Source of the DNA: an uncultured bacterium
GTDB lineage: Bacteria; Atribacterota; Atribacteria; Atribacterales; Caldatribacteriaceae
Direction of reading: 5' to 3'
DNA: 64,000 bases
Assembly: GCA_937139415.1 (NCBI GenBank)
Contig: CAKZPS010000055.1
Span: 2,647-66,646 of the forward strand
The notes beneath the pieces are model-generated. The model did not search any database, was not told the origin of the DNA, and saw only the letters and a program-made list of their open reading frames with translations. Positions 11,119 to 20,277 of the stretch are shown here, piece by piece (position 1 is the stretch's first letter; each line of letters starts with the position of its first letter). The position numbers and the translations under genes were made by a program.

Positions 11119-12150
11119 ATGGTCTTTTATATCTTAAGGCGTTTACTTTTTCTTCCCTTAGCACTTTTTGGTGTTTCTTTGCTTGTTTTCACCATGATTG
11201 GTTTCTTGAGCCCCTATCAGAGGTTGGCTACCTTTATTAATAGTCCGGAACGACTGAAAAGTGATAACGTGGATAAGCTCATCAGCTTCTACGGCCTCGA
11301 TGATCCCATCTTCATCCAATACTTCCGGTGGATGAAGAACGTTTTCCAAGGCAACTTAGGATGGTCATATGTGGGGAAGGCTCCGGTTTTAGAGAGTATC
11401 TTGATCCGCTTTCCCTATACCTTGGAATTAGCCATTTTTTCGGTTATTCCCATCATTTTCTTGGGGGTCTCTTTCGGAGTTCTCTCGGCCCTGCACCACA
11501 ACAAGTTTCTCGATCATATTTTGCGGATCTTTGCAGTAGTAGGGTGGTCGTTTCCTGATTTTGTGTTCGGTCTCATCGTTCTCATGGTTTTCTATAGTAC
11601 TTTAGGGTGGTTCCCACCGGGGAACTTGAGTATCTGGGCAGAGGAAATTGTCAAATCTCCTGCCTTTCGACACATTACCGGGATGTTGACCTTTGATTCT
11701 CTGCTCAACGGTCGCCTCGATGTCTTTTGGGATGCTCTTCGTCATCTCCTTGGGCCGGTACTCACCCTCACCTACGTGGAATTCGCTTTTATTCTACGTA
11801 TTACCCGTTCTTCCATGCTCGAAGTTTTGCGGAGAGACTATGTGCGTACTGCTCGGGCCAAGGGCTTAGAAGAGAAGGCGGTCATTCATAAACATGCCCG
11901 GAGAAACGCTCTCGTTCCTGTTGCCACGGTAAGTGGTCAAACCATTGTCGGCCTTTTGGCCGGAACCGTCATTGTAGAAACCATTTTTAATCGTACCGGC
12001 ATTGGTAGTTTTATGGCCATAGCTGCTCAACAACTCGATTACGCTTCGATCATGGGGGGAACGCTCTTTTTTGGTCTCATCTTAATTTTGGGGAACCTGT
12101 GTGTTGATCTCTCTTATGCCTTCATTGATCCCCGAGTGAGGTTAGATTAA
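11119..12150 (+). CDS. ABC peptide transporter permease (OppB/DppB type)
   Basis: 343 aa multi-TM protein. Sequence type and position match the first permease of opp/dpp operons. Confidence 0.9.
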   Translation: MVFYILRRLLFLPLALFGVSLLVFTMIGFLSPYQRLATFINSPERLKSDNVDKLISFYGLDDPIFIQYFRWMKNVFQGNLGWSYVGKAPVLESILIRFPYTLELAIFSVIPIIFLGVSFGVLSALHHNKFLDHILRIFAVVGWSFPDFVFGLIVLMVFYSTLGWFPPGNLSIWAEEIVKSPAFRHITGMLTFDSLLNGRLDVFWDALRHLLGPVLTLTYVEFAFILRITRSSMLEVLRRDYVRTARAKGLEEKAVIHKHARRNALVPVATVSGQTIVGLLAGTVIVETIFNRTGIGSFMAIAAQQLDYASIMGGTLFFGLILILGNLCVDLSYAFIDPRVRLD

Positions 12151-13032
12151 GTGAATCGAGGAAGCAAACGTTGGTTTAAGAAATTTTTCTCTAACTTTTC
12201 TGCTGTACTTGGTTTTGTGTTGCTCTTGTTTTTCTTGGGAGTAGCTCTGTTTGCTCCTTACATTGCGCCACCAAAACCGGGAAGAGATGCTTATATGATG
12301 CCTATTGTCACATGGAGTTCAGACCCTATTCCTCCCTCAAGAGAACATCCTTTTGGGGTAGCAGGAAAAAGGGACATTTTCTATGGGGTCGTTTGGGGAA
12401 CGCGAACCGCCTTTCGCATTGGTATTATTGTCACGATTTCATCGACTCTCATCGGTCTTGTCATAGGGTCGATAGCAGGATACTTTGGCCACCTCGTTGA
12501 TGAACTCCTCATGCGGGTTACCGATATTTTCATGGCTGTTCCTTTCTTAGTGGCTGCTTTAGTTTTAGCAACTATTTTAGGAGCAGGTCTTGACAAAGTT
12601 ATCATTGCCCTCATTGTTTTCAGTTGGATGTATCCTGCTCGGCTCATTCGAGGAAATATTCTCCAGGTGAAAGAAGAACAATTTGTGATGGCAGCCAAGG
12701 CTTTGGGAGTCAGCGACTTGGTAGTGATTCTTCGCCATGTACTCCCGAATAGTATCTTCCCGGTACTCATTCAAGCCTCGATGCGCATGGGGTCATTGGT
12801 TATCACCGCTGCAGCTTTAAGTTTTTTAGGATTAGGAGCACCACAAGGATACGCCGATTGGGGCGCGCTCTTGAACTACGCCCGTAATTGGATGTTGGGA
12901 AGCCAAGGACAAGCTCTCCAATATTGGTTTATGACCGTTTTTCCGGGGTTAGCTATGGTGCTCTTTGTCTTAGCGTGGAACTTAGTGGGTGACGCTTTAC
13001 GAGATATCTTCGATCCACGACTACGAGTTTGA
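12151..13032 (+). CDS. ABC peptide transporter permease (OppC/DppC type)
   Basis: 293 aa. GTG start immediately after the previous stop. Multi-TM OppC/DppC-like protein. Confidence 0.9.
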   Translation: MNRGSKRWFKKFFSNFSAVLGFVLLLFFLGVALFAPYIAPPKPGRDAYMMPIVTWSSDPIPPSREHPFGVAGKRDIFYGVVWGTRTAFRIGIIVTISSTLIGLVIGSIAGYFGHLVDELLMRVTDIFMAVPFLVAALVLATILGAGLDKVIIALIVFSWMYPARLIRGNILQVKEEQFVMAAKALGVSDLVVILRHVLPNSIFPVLIQASMRMGSLVITAAALSFLGLGAPQGYADWGALLNYARNWMLGSQGQALQYWFMTVFPGLAMVLFVLAWNLVGDALRDIFDPRLRV

Positions 13033-13053
13033 ATTTGAGGGGTTCGAGAGGCG

Positions 13054-14064
13054 ATGACTCAACCTCAACATGAAAATATGTTAGAAGTGAAAGACATAAA
13101 AGTTTATTTTTATGACGATGAAGGACGAGAACTCAAAGCAGTTGATGGAGTAAGCTTTTCAGTCCGAAGAGGGGAAACCATTGCTCTAGTTGGCGAGTCA
13201 GGGTGTGGGAAGAGTGTAACCTCTATGGCCCTTTTGCAGCTCGTTGATTCTCGAGGGAAAATTGTTGGTGGAAAGGTCATTTTCGAGGGTCAAGATTTAC
13301 TGCTTCTCCCCGAAGCAAAAATGCGTACCGTTCGAGGAAAGGACATCGCCGTGATCTTTCAAGAACCTGCTTCGGCTCTCAATCCAGTGTACACCATCGG
13401 TGAACAAATTATCGAAGCTATTATCCTTCATCAGAAACTTTCTTTTCGCCAGGCAAGAGAAGTAGCACGGGAAATGTTGCGTTTAGTGGGTATTCCTGAA
13501 CCAGAAAAAAGACTCAACGAGTACCCTCATGAGCTTTCGGGGGGTATGAAGCAACGAGCGATGATTGCCATGGCTCTGTCATGTCGTCCAAAACTTCTCA
13601 TTGCCGATGAACCAACAACATCGCTTGATGTTACCATTCAGGCACAAATCTTAGAGCTTATCAGGGAACTCCAAAAAAAGCTCGGTATGTCAGTCATTCT
13701 CATTACTCATGATTTAGGTATCGTTGCCGATATGTCTCAAAGGGTTGTGGTTATGTACGCAGGGAAAGTAGTTGAGGAGGCTGATCGCACGGAGATCTTT
13801 AAAAATCCACTTCATCCTTACACCATAGGCCTTTTGCGTTCCATTCCTCGTTTGGATCGGGAACAGACGAAGTTGGAAACCATTCCCGGCGTGGTCCCTG
13901 ATCCCTCGTCCTTCCCCGTGGGGTGTCGTTTTCGGGGGAGATGTTTGTATGAAAGTCCAACATGTTGCGAGGTTCCTCCGCCTACTTTAGTAGGGAATAA
14001 TCATTTGGTGAACTGCCACCATTGGCAAGAGGTACGACAAGGAAAGGAAACGGCGAGGTTTTGA
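13054..14064 (+). CDS. ABC peptide transporter ATP-binding protein (OppD/DppD type)
   Basis: Walker A GESGCGKS, signature [12 protein letters not shown], Walker [13 protein letters not shown], and a Cys-containing oligopeptide-type C-terminal extension. Confidence 0.92.
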   Translation: MTQPQHENMLEVKDIKVYFYDDEGRELKAVDGVSFSVRRGETIALVGESGCGKSVTSMALLQLVDSRGKIVGGKVIFEGQDLLLLPEAKMRTVRGKDIAVIFQEPASALNPVYTIGEQIIEAIILHQKLSFRQAREVAREMLRLVGIPEPEKRLNEYPHELSGGMKQRAMIAMALSCRPKLLIADEPTTSLDVTIQAQILELIRELQKKLGMSVILITHDLGIVADMSQRVVVMYAGKVVEEADRTEIFKNPLHPYTIGLLRSIPRLDREQTKLETIPGVVPDPSSFPVGCRFRGRCLYESPTCCEVPPPTLVGNNHLVNCHHWQEVRQGKETARF

Positions 14065-14067
14065 AAG

Positions 14068-15075
14068 ATGTCCAATTCCGTCATTCTTAAGGTAGAACAT
14101 CTCAAAAAATACTTTCCTATTAAGGCAGGTGTTTTCCGGAAAATAGTCGGTTGGGTAAAAGCAGTTGATGATGTCAGCTTCGAGGTTCTTGAGGGAGAAA
14201 CTTTGGGAATTGTAGGAGAATCAGGTTGTGGAAAGAGTACCTTAGGCATGACCATTCTGCGTCTCTATGAGCCCACTGCAGGGAGGGTAGTTTTTGCCGG
14301 AAAAGAAATTTCCCGCCTTTCTTCTTCTGCGTTGCGGCCGATTCGCAAAGATATGCAGATGATTTTTCAAGATCCTTTTGGTTCTCTGAATCCACGCATG
14401 AGAATCGGTTCAATTATCGAAGAAGGCATGAGCGTCCATGGACTGTATTCCTCTACTGAGAGGAAAGAAAAAGTGCGTGAACTCCTGGAAAAAGTGGGAC
14501 TTTCCGCGGATTACGTCAATCGGTATCCCCATGAATTTTCAGGAGGACAGAGGCAAAGAATTGGTATTGCTCGTGCGATGGCCCTTTCTCCTCGTCTCAT
14601 TATCGCTGACGAGGCGGTTTCTTCCTTAGATGTTTCGATCCGCTCACAAATTCTTAACCTCATGAAGGAATTGAAACGAGAATACAGTTTTACCTATCTT
14701 TTTATCTCTCATGATTTAGCAGTGGTAAGACAGATTTGTGACCGAGTACTGGTTATGTATCTGGGAAGAATAGTGGAAATTGCCGATAAAAAGGTTATCT
14801 TCTCCCGTCCTCTCCATCCCTATACGGTAGCCCTTATCTCTGCAGTACCCGTTCCTGATCCCGATTACGTCGTTGACCGGGTTATTCTTCATGGAGATGT
14901 TCCGAGTCCCATTCATCCTCCTTCGGGATGTTATTTTGCTCCCCGTTGTCCTGTAGCTGAACGGTGCAGAAAAGATGAACCGCCACTTGTAGAGGTGGAA
15001 AATGGTCATTGGGTTGCTTGTCATTTACCTGGAAGTTTATCCCTGAAAAGAGAAAATGGAGATAAGAAGTGTTGA
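14068..15075 (+). CDS. ABC peptide transporter ATP-binding protein (OppF/DppF type)
   Basis: Walker [10 protein letters not shown], signature [12 protein letters not shown], Walker [13 protein letters not shown], and an oligopeptide-type C-terminal domain. Confidence 0.92.
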   Translation: MSNSVILKVEHLKKYFPIKAGVFRKIVGWVKAVDDVSFEVLEGETLGIVGESGCGKSTLGMTILRLYEPTAGRVVFAGKEISRLSSSALRPIRKDMQMIFQDPFGSLNPRMRIGSIIEEGMSVHGLYSSTERKEKVRELLEKVGLSADYVNRYPHEFSGGQRQRIGIARAMALSPRLIIADEAVSSLDVSIRSQILNLMKELKREYSFTYLFISHDLAVVRQICDRVLVMYLGRIVEIADKKVIFSRPLHPYTVALISAVPVPDPDYVVDRVILHGDVPSPIHPPSGCYFAPRCPVAERCRKDEPPLVEVENGHWVACHLPGSLSLKRENGDKKC

Positions 15076-15101
15076 CGAGAAGTGAGAAAGTGTGGTATTT
15101 T
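15072..15101 (+). promoter_or_regulatory. Candidate promoter for infC-rpmI-rplT (TTGACG-18-TGgTATTTT)
   Basis: TTGACG at 15072-15077 overlaps the oppF-like stop. Extended -10 TGgTATTTT at 15093-15101. SD AAGGAGG at 15123-15129. Confidence 0.5.
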
Positions 15102-15137
15102 TTTAAACCGCTATAGTAAAGTAAGGAGGCGATAGCG

Positions 15138-15647
15138 ATCGAGGTAAAATACCGCGTAAACCATCAGATTGGGGCGCGGGAGGTACGATTAATTTCTCCT
15201 GACGGGAATCAGATTGGTATTGTTCCCTTGAAAAAGGCTTTACAGATGGCAGAAGAGCTCGGTCTCGATTTGGTCGAAGTTGGTCCGGATGCTAATCCTC
15301 CAGTCTGCAAAATTATGGATTATGGAAAGTTCCGGTACGAAAAGGAGAAAAAAGCGAAACTTTCCCGCAAGAAGCAGAGAATTTCTGAACTTAAAGAACT
15401 CAATATCAGACCTAAGATTGACGAGCACGATTATCAAGTGAAGATTAAAAATGCCCTCCGTTTTCTTACTGACGGCGATCGAGTAAAGATTATCGTTCGT
15501 TTTCGGGGGCGAGAAGAAGCCTTCAAAGATCGAGGCAGAGATTTGTTAAACCGTATGATTGAAGATCTGAAGGAAGTCGGTAAAATAGAGCAAGAAATCA
15601 AAAGCGAAGGATCGAATCTTACTATGACCTTAGCACCGAAGAAATAG
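15138..15647 (+). CDS. infC: Translation initiation factor IF-3 (non-AUG start)
   Basis: IF-3 homology (NHQIGAREVRLISPDGNQIGIVPL...) begins upstream of the first ATG (15228). The frame is open only from 15120. No ATG/GTG/TTG is available there. ATC 15138 lies 8 nt after AAGGAGG; the alternative ATA 15132 lies 2 nt after it. Confidence 0.85.
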   Translation: MEVKYRVNHQIGAREVRLISPDGNQIGIVPLKKALQMAEELGLDLVEVGPDANPPVCKIMDYGKFRYEKEKKAKLSRKKQRISELKELNIRPKIDEHDYQVKIKNALRFLTDGDRVKIIVRFRGREEAFKDRGRDLLNRMIEDLKEVGKIEQEIKSEGSNLTMTLAPKK

Positions 15648-15659
15648 GGAGGAATTGGA

Positions 15660-15857
15660 ATGCCAAAAATGAAAACCCATCGAGGGGTTTCCAAGCGTTT
15701 TAGGGTGAATGGCTCGGGAAAGGTTAAGAGAGCTCAAGCAGGGAAAAGTCATCTTCTTGCTTCCAAAAATAAAAATCGAAAAAGAAGACTTTGCAAGACG
15801 GTCTTGATTTGCCCTGCGGAACGAAAGAGAATGCAAGCGCTTTTGCCTTATGCATAG
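15660..15857 (+). CDS. rpmI: 50S ribosomal protein L35
   Basis: 65 aa, MPKMKTHRGVSKRFRVNGSGKVKR... is a canonical L35 N-terminus. Confidence 0.95.
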   Translation: MPKMKTHRGVSKRFRVNGSGKVKRAQAGKSHLLASKNKNRKRRLCKTVLICPAERKRMQALLPYA

Positions 15858-15871
15858 GGAAGGTGAAAACA

Positions 15872-16225
15872 ATGGCTCGAGTCAAAACGAACGTTGCATC
15901 GCGAGAGAAAAAGAAAAAAATTATGAAAATGGCTAAAGGGTACCGTGGGGCTCGCTCTCGTTCCTACAAAAGGGCGAAAGAGCAAGTCATGAGGTCTCTT
16001 GCCTACGCATACCGTGACCGGAGAAATCGCAAACGGGATTTTCGTCGTTTGTGGATTGTCCGGATTAATGCTTTTGTAAGGAATCATGGCATGACTTATA
16101 GCCAGTTCATGAAAGCCCTGAGAAAAGCAGGTATTGCCTTGAATCGTAAGACCTTAGCCAATCTTTCTATTGAAAACCCGCAGGCATTGGTGGAAATCAT
16201 CGAAACGGCGAAAACGCATTTATAA
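15872..16225 (+). CDS. rplT: 50S ribosomal protein L20
   Basis: MARVKTNVASREKKKKIMKMAKGYRGARS... from ATG 15872. The ORF-track start at 15791 is an upstream extension overlapping rpmI. Confidence 0.95.
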   Translation: MARVKTNVASREKKKKIMKMAKGYRGARSRSYKRAKEQVMRSLAYAYRDRRNRKRDFRRLWIVRINAFVRNHGMTYSQFMKALRKAGIALNRKTLANLSIENPQALVEIIETAKTHL

Positions 16226-16249
16226 ACGCTATTACCTCAAAAGAAAGTA

Positions 16250-17326
16250 ATGTCCCAGGACGCTACTTTCTTTATGGAGAGAGTGGGTGCAATTGTGACC
16301 TTTCCTGACTTTGAGAGATTAGAGGGATATTTTTCTTCTTTTAAAGAAGATTTAGTCGCGGTTAAAACTATTGATGAATTGAATCGAATCAAAGGAAAGT
16401 ATTTAGGTCGAAATAGTCTTTTAGGAGAGTTACTCTCGAAGCTCCGTGAACTCCCCCAAGAAGAGAAAAAAAAGTGGGGACAGAAAATGAACATGCTCAA
16501 AACCGAAATGGAAGACATGCTGAAAGAGAAATACCATGTTCTCCATTTCGAGAAAGAAAAGAGAAAACCACTCGATATCACCTTACCGGGGAAAAAGCAG
16601 TGGACTGGAACCTTTCACCCCGTGCTTATCGTTCGGGATCAGATTCTTGCCATATTTCGGAGCTTTGGTTTTCGAGTAGAGAGCGGACCGGAGATTGAAA
16701 GTGATTTTTACAATTTCGAAGCCCTCAATATTTCCTCTGACCATCCTGCTCGAGATGATCAAGATTCTTTTTATCTGAACGAAAAATGGCTTTTGAGAAC
16801 CCACACCTCTCCAGCTCAAATCCGGACCATGCAAAAGCTTACTCCGCCGTTCAAGGCTGTCGTTCCTGGTCGCTGTTATCGTCGTGATGCCTTCGATGCT
16901 ACCCATAGTCCCATGTTTCATCAAATTGAGGGATTAGTCGTCGCACCGGGTATAAGTATGGGAGACCTCAAAGGAACAATTGAGGCATTCGTACATCGTT
17001 TTTTTGGTAAAGAGCGAAGAACACGTTTTCGTCCAAGTTATTTTCCTTTTACCGAACCGAGTGCTGAGGTGGATGTTTCTTGTGGCGTATGTTGGGGAGA
17101 AGGTTGTCGGGCTTGCGGACACACCGGCTGGTTAGAGATCATGGGAGCCGGCTTAGTACACCCTCAGGTCTTTCTCAACGTGGGATACGATCCCGAGGTC
17201 GTTCAAGGTTTCGCCTTTGGTATGGGCATAGAGAGGATTGCCATGTTGAAGTTCGGTGTTACCGATATTCGGTGGTTTTTGGAAAATGATGTAGCATTTT
17301 TAGAACAATTCAAAACCTTGCGATAG
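16250..17326 (+). CDS. pheS: Phenylalanine--tRNA ligase alpha subunit
   Basis: Class II aaRS motifs (FHQIEG, GFAFGMGIERIAM) and an N-terminal coiled-coil. The start could instead be a downstream in-frame codon (ATG 16274). Confidence 0.93.
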   Translation: MSQDATFFMERVGAIVTFPDFERLEGYFSSFKEDLVAVKTIDELNRIKGKYLGRNSLLGELLSKLRELPQEEKKKWGQKMNMLKTEMEDMLKEKYHVLHFEKEKRKPLDITLPGKKQWTGTFHPVLIVRDQILAIFRSFGFRVESGPEIESDFYNFEALNISSDHPARDDQDSFYLNEKWLLRTHTSPAQIRTMQKLTPPFKAVVPGRCYRRDAFDATHSPMFHQIEGLVVAPGISMGDLKGTIEAFVHRFFGKERRTRFRPSYFPFTEPSAEVDVSCGVCWGEGCRACGHTGWLEIMGAGLVHPQVFLNVGYDPEVVQGFAFGMGIERIAMLKFGVTDIRWFLENDVAFLEQFKTLR

Positions 17327-17335
17327 GAGTATATC

Positions 17336-19711
17336 ATGAAGATCGCTTATTCCATCTTAAAGCGTTTTCTGAAAGGTTTGGGATTGTCTTCTTACGAGCT
17401 TGCCGACCTCCTTATTCACCAAGGCCTCGTAGTGGAAAGAGTCTGGGGAATGGAAGAAATTTTTGCCCTTCCCATTTTTTCTGCTCTCGTCGAAGAAAGA
17501 AGAGATAAGCTTGGTTACACAGAGTGCTTAGTCACCTTCCAAGATAAAACCTTTTCCGTGGCGGTGGAAAAATGGGGGGCTCCCTCGCCAGGGGACAAAG
17601 TGCTTATCACTTTTAAAAATGGAATTCCCCATTTTTCTCCATCTCGAGGAGAAGAGAAAAGGGGACTCTTGCCTTTCTTGCTCACTCTCCCAGAAAATTT
17701 TCCCGCAGGAGAGGACGTTTCCGAAGCCCTCTTGGGAGAAGATTGTGTTCTGGATCTCGAGATAACTTCTAATCGAGGTGATTGTCTTTCAATCATCGGA
17801 ATCGCCAGAGAGGTTGCTGCAAAACTTGATTTAGACTGGGGATATCCTGCAAATTGTTACCATGAAGATGATAGTTCCGTTACTTTTTCTCTCTACGACG
17901 AAGCACTGGATTTGTGTCCCTATTATACCGGAAAGCTTATCACTCATATCGAGATTCGTCCTTCTTCCTGGCCAATGGCAAAAGATCTGTACCTTTTGGG
18001 GTTGCGTCCTATTAATAACGTGGTCGATGCTACCAATTTGGTGATGATGGAAACAGGCCAACCCTTGCATGCCTTTGATGCTTCCAAGATCAGGAATAAG
18101 ACCGTCGTAGTTCGCCGTGCCCGAAGTGGAGAAAAATTGATAACCATCGATGGTGTAGAACGAGTGCTCTCAAAAGAGATGTTGGTCATTGCTGACGATT
18201 CTTCACCCATTGCTTTAGCAGGAATCATGGGAGGCGAAAACACTGAGGTATCTCCTCTCACGGAGACAGTCTTTTTGGAGTCGGCAATCTTTGACCGGGT
18301 ATCGGTGAGAAGAACCTCTAAGCTTCTGGGGTTACGAACCGAGGCATCAGCGCGCTTCGAACGGGGAGTAGATCCAGAGAGAGTAAAATACGCTTCGGAA
18401 AGAGTTTTGTCTTTGCTCTCCCAGGAAGGAGAAATGACCGTTGCCAAGGCTTGGTTTATAGCCGGGGAACCACCACAAACCGAGCGGAGCATAGTGGTTT
18501 CTTGTCAAAAGGCGAGGGAAGTTTTGAATTGTTCCATTGAAAAGGAACAAATGATGAAAATTCTCGGAAGGTTGGGCTTCGGGGTCACTCCTTCCCAGCA
18601 CGATCAAATGATTGTCGATGTTCCCAGTTTTCGGTCCGACGTATCACTCCCCATCGATATTATAGAAGAAATTGGGAGAATTAACGGGTATGGCGCCATT
18701 TCTTCCCGTTTCCCCACTTTTCCCTTCGATCCAGGTAATGAAGAGGAAGAAGATCACTTGGAACAAACGATCAGGAATTTTCTCGTGAACCGGGGGTACA
18801 AGGAAATTGTTACTCTCTCGCTCATAAACCCCAAAACGGTACAAGAATTAGGGATTGAAGACGACCAAATAATTACCATCAAAAATCCTTTATCGCAAGA
18901 ACATTCGATGCTCCGATCGCAGTTACTCGTTTCTTTTCTTGAGGTGCTTCGCTTAAATATGGTTCGAGAGAGAAACCACTTTGGTATTTTCGAAGTGAGC
19001 AAGGTCTTTTCCCCTGCTCCTAATGGTGAGCAATCCTGGAAGGAAGAGAAACATTTGGGAATAGCTCTCTGTGGGTCTCTCTTTCCCCCTCTTTGGTCCA
19101 AAGGTCTCCAGGTAGATCTCTATGTCTTAAAGGGCCTTATAGAGGAAATGATAGACATTATCGGTCTTCATTCCCAGCAAGTTATTTTTTCCTACCCTGA
19201 AGAGGAGATGGCCGGTTTCAGTAAAGTGGGCGCCTTTATACTGAAAGACCCACAAGGAAATCGGTTAGGTTGGGGGGGCCAATTGGAGGAAAAACTCCTT
19301 TGGAAGTTGGACATACGAGAGGAAATATACTATGCAGAACTTCGAGTAGAAGAAATATTCCGCCTCTCAGGAAAGAAAGTACTGCAGGTGCAAGAAATCA
19401 ACGTATTTCCCTCGACTACTCGGGATATCTCTTTGATCGTTGACCAAACCATAACTTGGGGACAAATCGAAGCAGTTCTCTATGAAAGCGTTCGTGAGCA
19501 CCAAATGGATGTAGAAGACATTGGTGTTTTCGACCTCTTTGAAGGAGAAAGTCTCCCCCCTGATAAAAAGAGCATTACTTTTCGCGTAGTTTTTCGCTCT
19601 CCACGGAAAACCTTAAGTGATGTAGAAGTAGAGTACTGGGTGAGTGAAATGAAGAAAAAATTAAAAGATATGAGAGGGGTATATCTCCGGGAGGAATTTT
19701 TCCATTCTTGA
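17336..19711 (+). CDS. pheT: Phenylalanine--tRNA ligase beta subunit
   Basis: 791 aa. B3/B4 and B5 regions and a C-terminal FDX-ACB-like domain. Immediately follows pheS. Confidence 0.93.
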   Translation: MKIAYSILKRFLKGLGLSSYELADLLIHQGLVVERVWGMEEIFALPIFSALVEERRDKLGYTECLVTFQDKTFSVAVEKWGAPSPGDKVLITFKNGIPHFSPSRGEEKRGLLPFLLTLPENFPAGEDVSEALLGEDCVLDLEITSNRGDCLSIIGIAREVAAKLDLDWGYPANCYHEDDSSVTFSLYDEALDLCPYYTGKLITHIEIRPSSWPMAKDLYLLGLRPINNVVDATNLVMMETGQPLHAFDASKIRNKTVVVRRARSGEKLITIDGVERVLSKEMLVIADDSSPIALAGIMGGENTEVSPLTETVFLESAIFDRVSVRRTSKLLGLRTEASARFERGVDPERVKYASERVLSLLSQEGEMTVAKAWFIAGEPPQTERSIVVSCQKAREVLNCSIEKEQMMKILGRLGFGVTPSQHDQMIVDVPSFRSDVSLPIDIIEEIGRINGYGAISSRFPTFPFDPGNEEEEDHLEQTIRNFLVNRGYKEIVTLSLINPKTVQELGIEDDQIITIKNPLSQEHSMLRSQLLVSFLEVLRLNMVRERNHFGIFEVSKVFSPAPNGEQSWKEEKHLGIALCGSLFPPLWSKGLQVDLYVLKGLIEEMIDIIGLHSQQVIFSYPEEEMAGFSKVGAFILKDPQGNRLGWGGQLEEKLLWKLDIREEIYYAELRVEEIFRLSGKKVLQVQEINVFPSTTRDISLIVDQTITWGQIEAVLYESVREHQMDVEDIGVFDLFEGESLPPDKKSITFRVVFRSPRKTLSDVEVEYWVSEMKKKLKDMRGVYLREEFFHS

Positions 19712-20277
19712 CCACTGATTGGTATGCCATTTTTGGTGTCGTTTTGGTAGTGATAAATGTCATCAGAAGTTCAATACGTGGTTTCAGTAAGGAGTTTTTG
19801 GTGTTTACCGGCCTCGTTATTGGACTTTTCGTAGGGCTATTGTATTATCCTCTCATCGGCGATTTCTTGAATCAGTTCTTAGGATGGCAGGAATCTTGGA
19901 TTACCAGCCTCATTGGGTTTTTAGGTATCTTTCTCCCCATCGTTATTTTCGCTTCTTGGATAGGAATGCTTTTTCGCAAGGTTTTCGAGCGATTTGACAT
20001 TGTGTGGATTGATGCCGTACTTGGATTTTTCATGGGTATTATAAAAGGAATCTTTTGGATTATAGTCATCACTTTGTTCATTACTAATTTCTCCTATCTC
20101 CAGTTTCTCAATGGCTACATTGCCCAATCCCGTTTCTACCATGATATTACCCTTCCCGTCATAACTTACCTCAGCGATTTTACAGGTCGTTTTCCGCAAG
20201 CAACCTTCCTTTATCACATCCTGAAAAAAGGAATGTTAACCGAAGATGTTCACTTCCGAAGTTTTGAAGGGCTTTGA
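19708..20277 (+). CDS. cvpA: CvpA-family membrane protein
   Basis: 189 aa with four hydrophobic helices. TTG start overlaps the pheT stop by 4 nt. Matches the Bacillus yshB position upstream of mutS2. Confidence 0.7.
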   Translation: MTTDWYAIFGVVLVVINVIRSSIRGFSKEFLVFTGLVIGLFVGLLYYPLIGDFLNQFLGWQESWITSLIGFLGIFLPIVIFASWIGMLFRKVFERFDIVWIDAVLGFFMGIIKGIFWIIVITLFITNFSYLQFLNGYIAQSRFYHDITLPVITYLSDFTGRFPQATFLYHILKKGMLTEDVHFRSFEGL

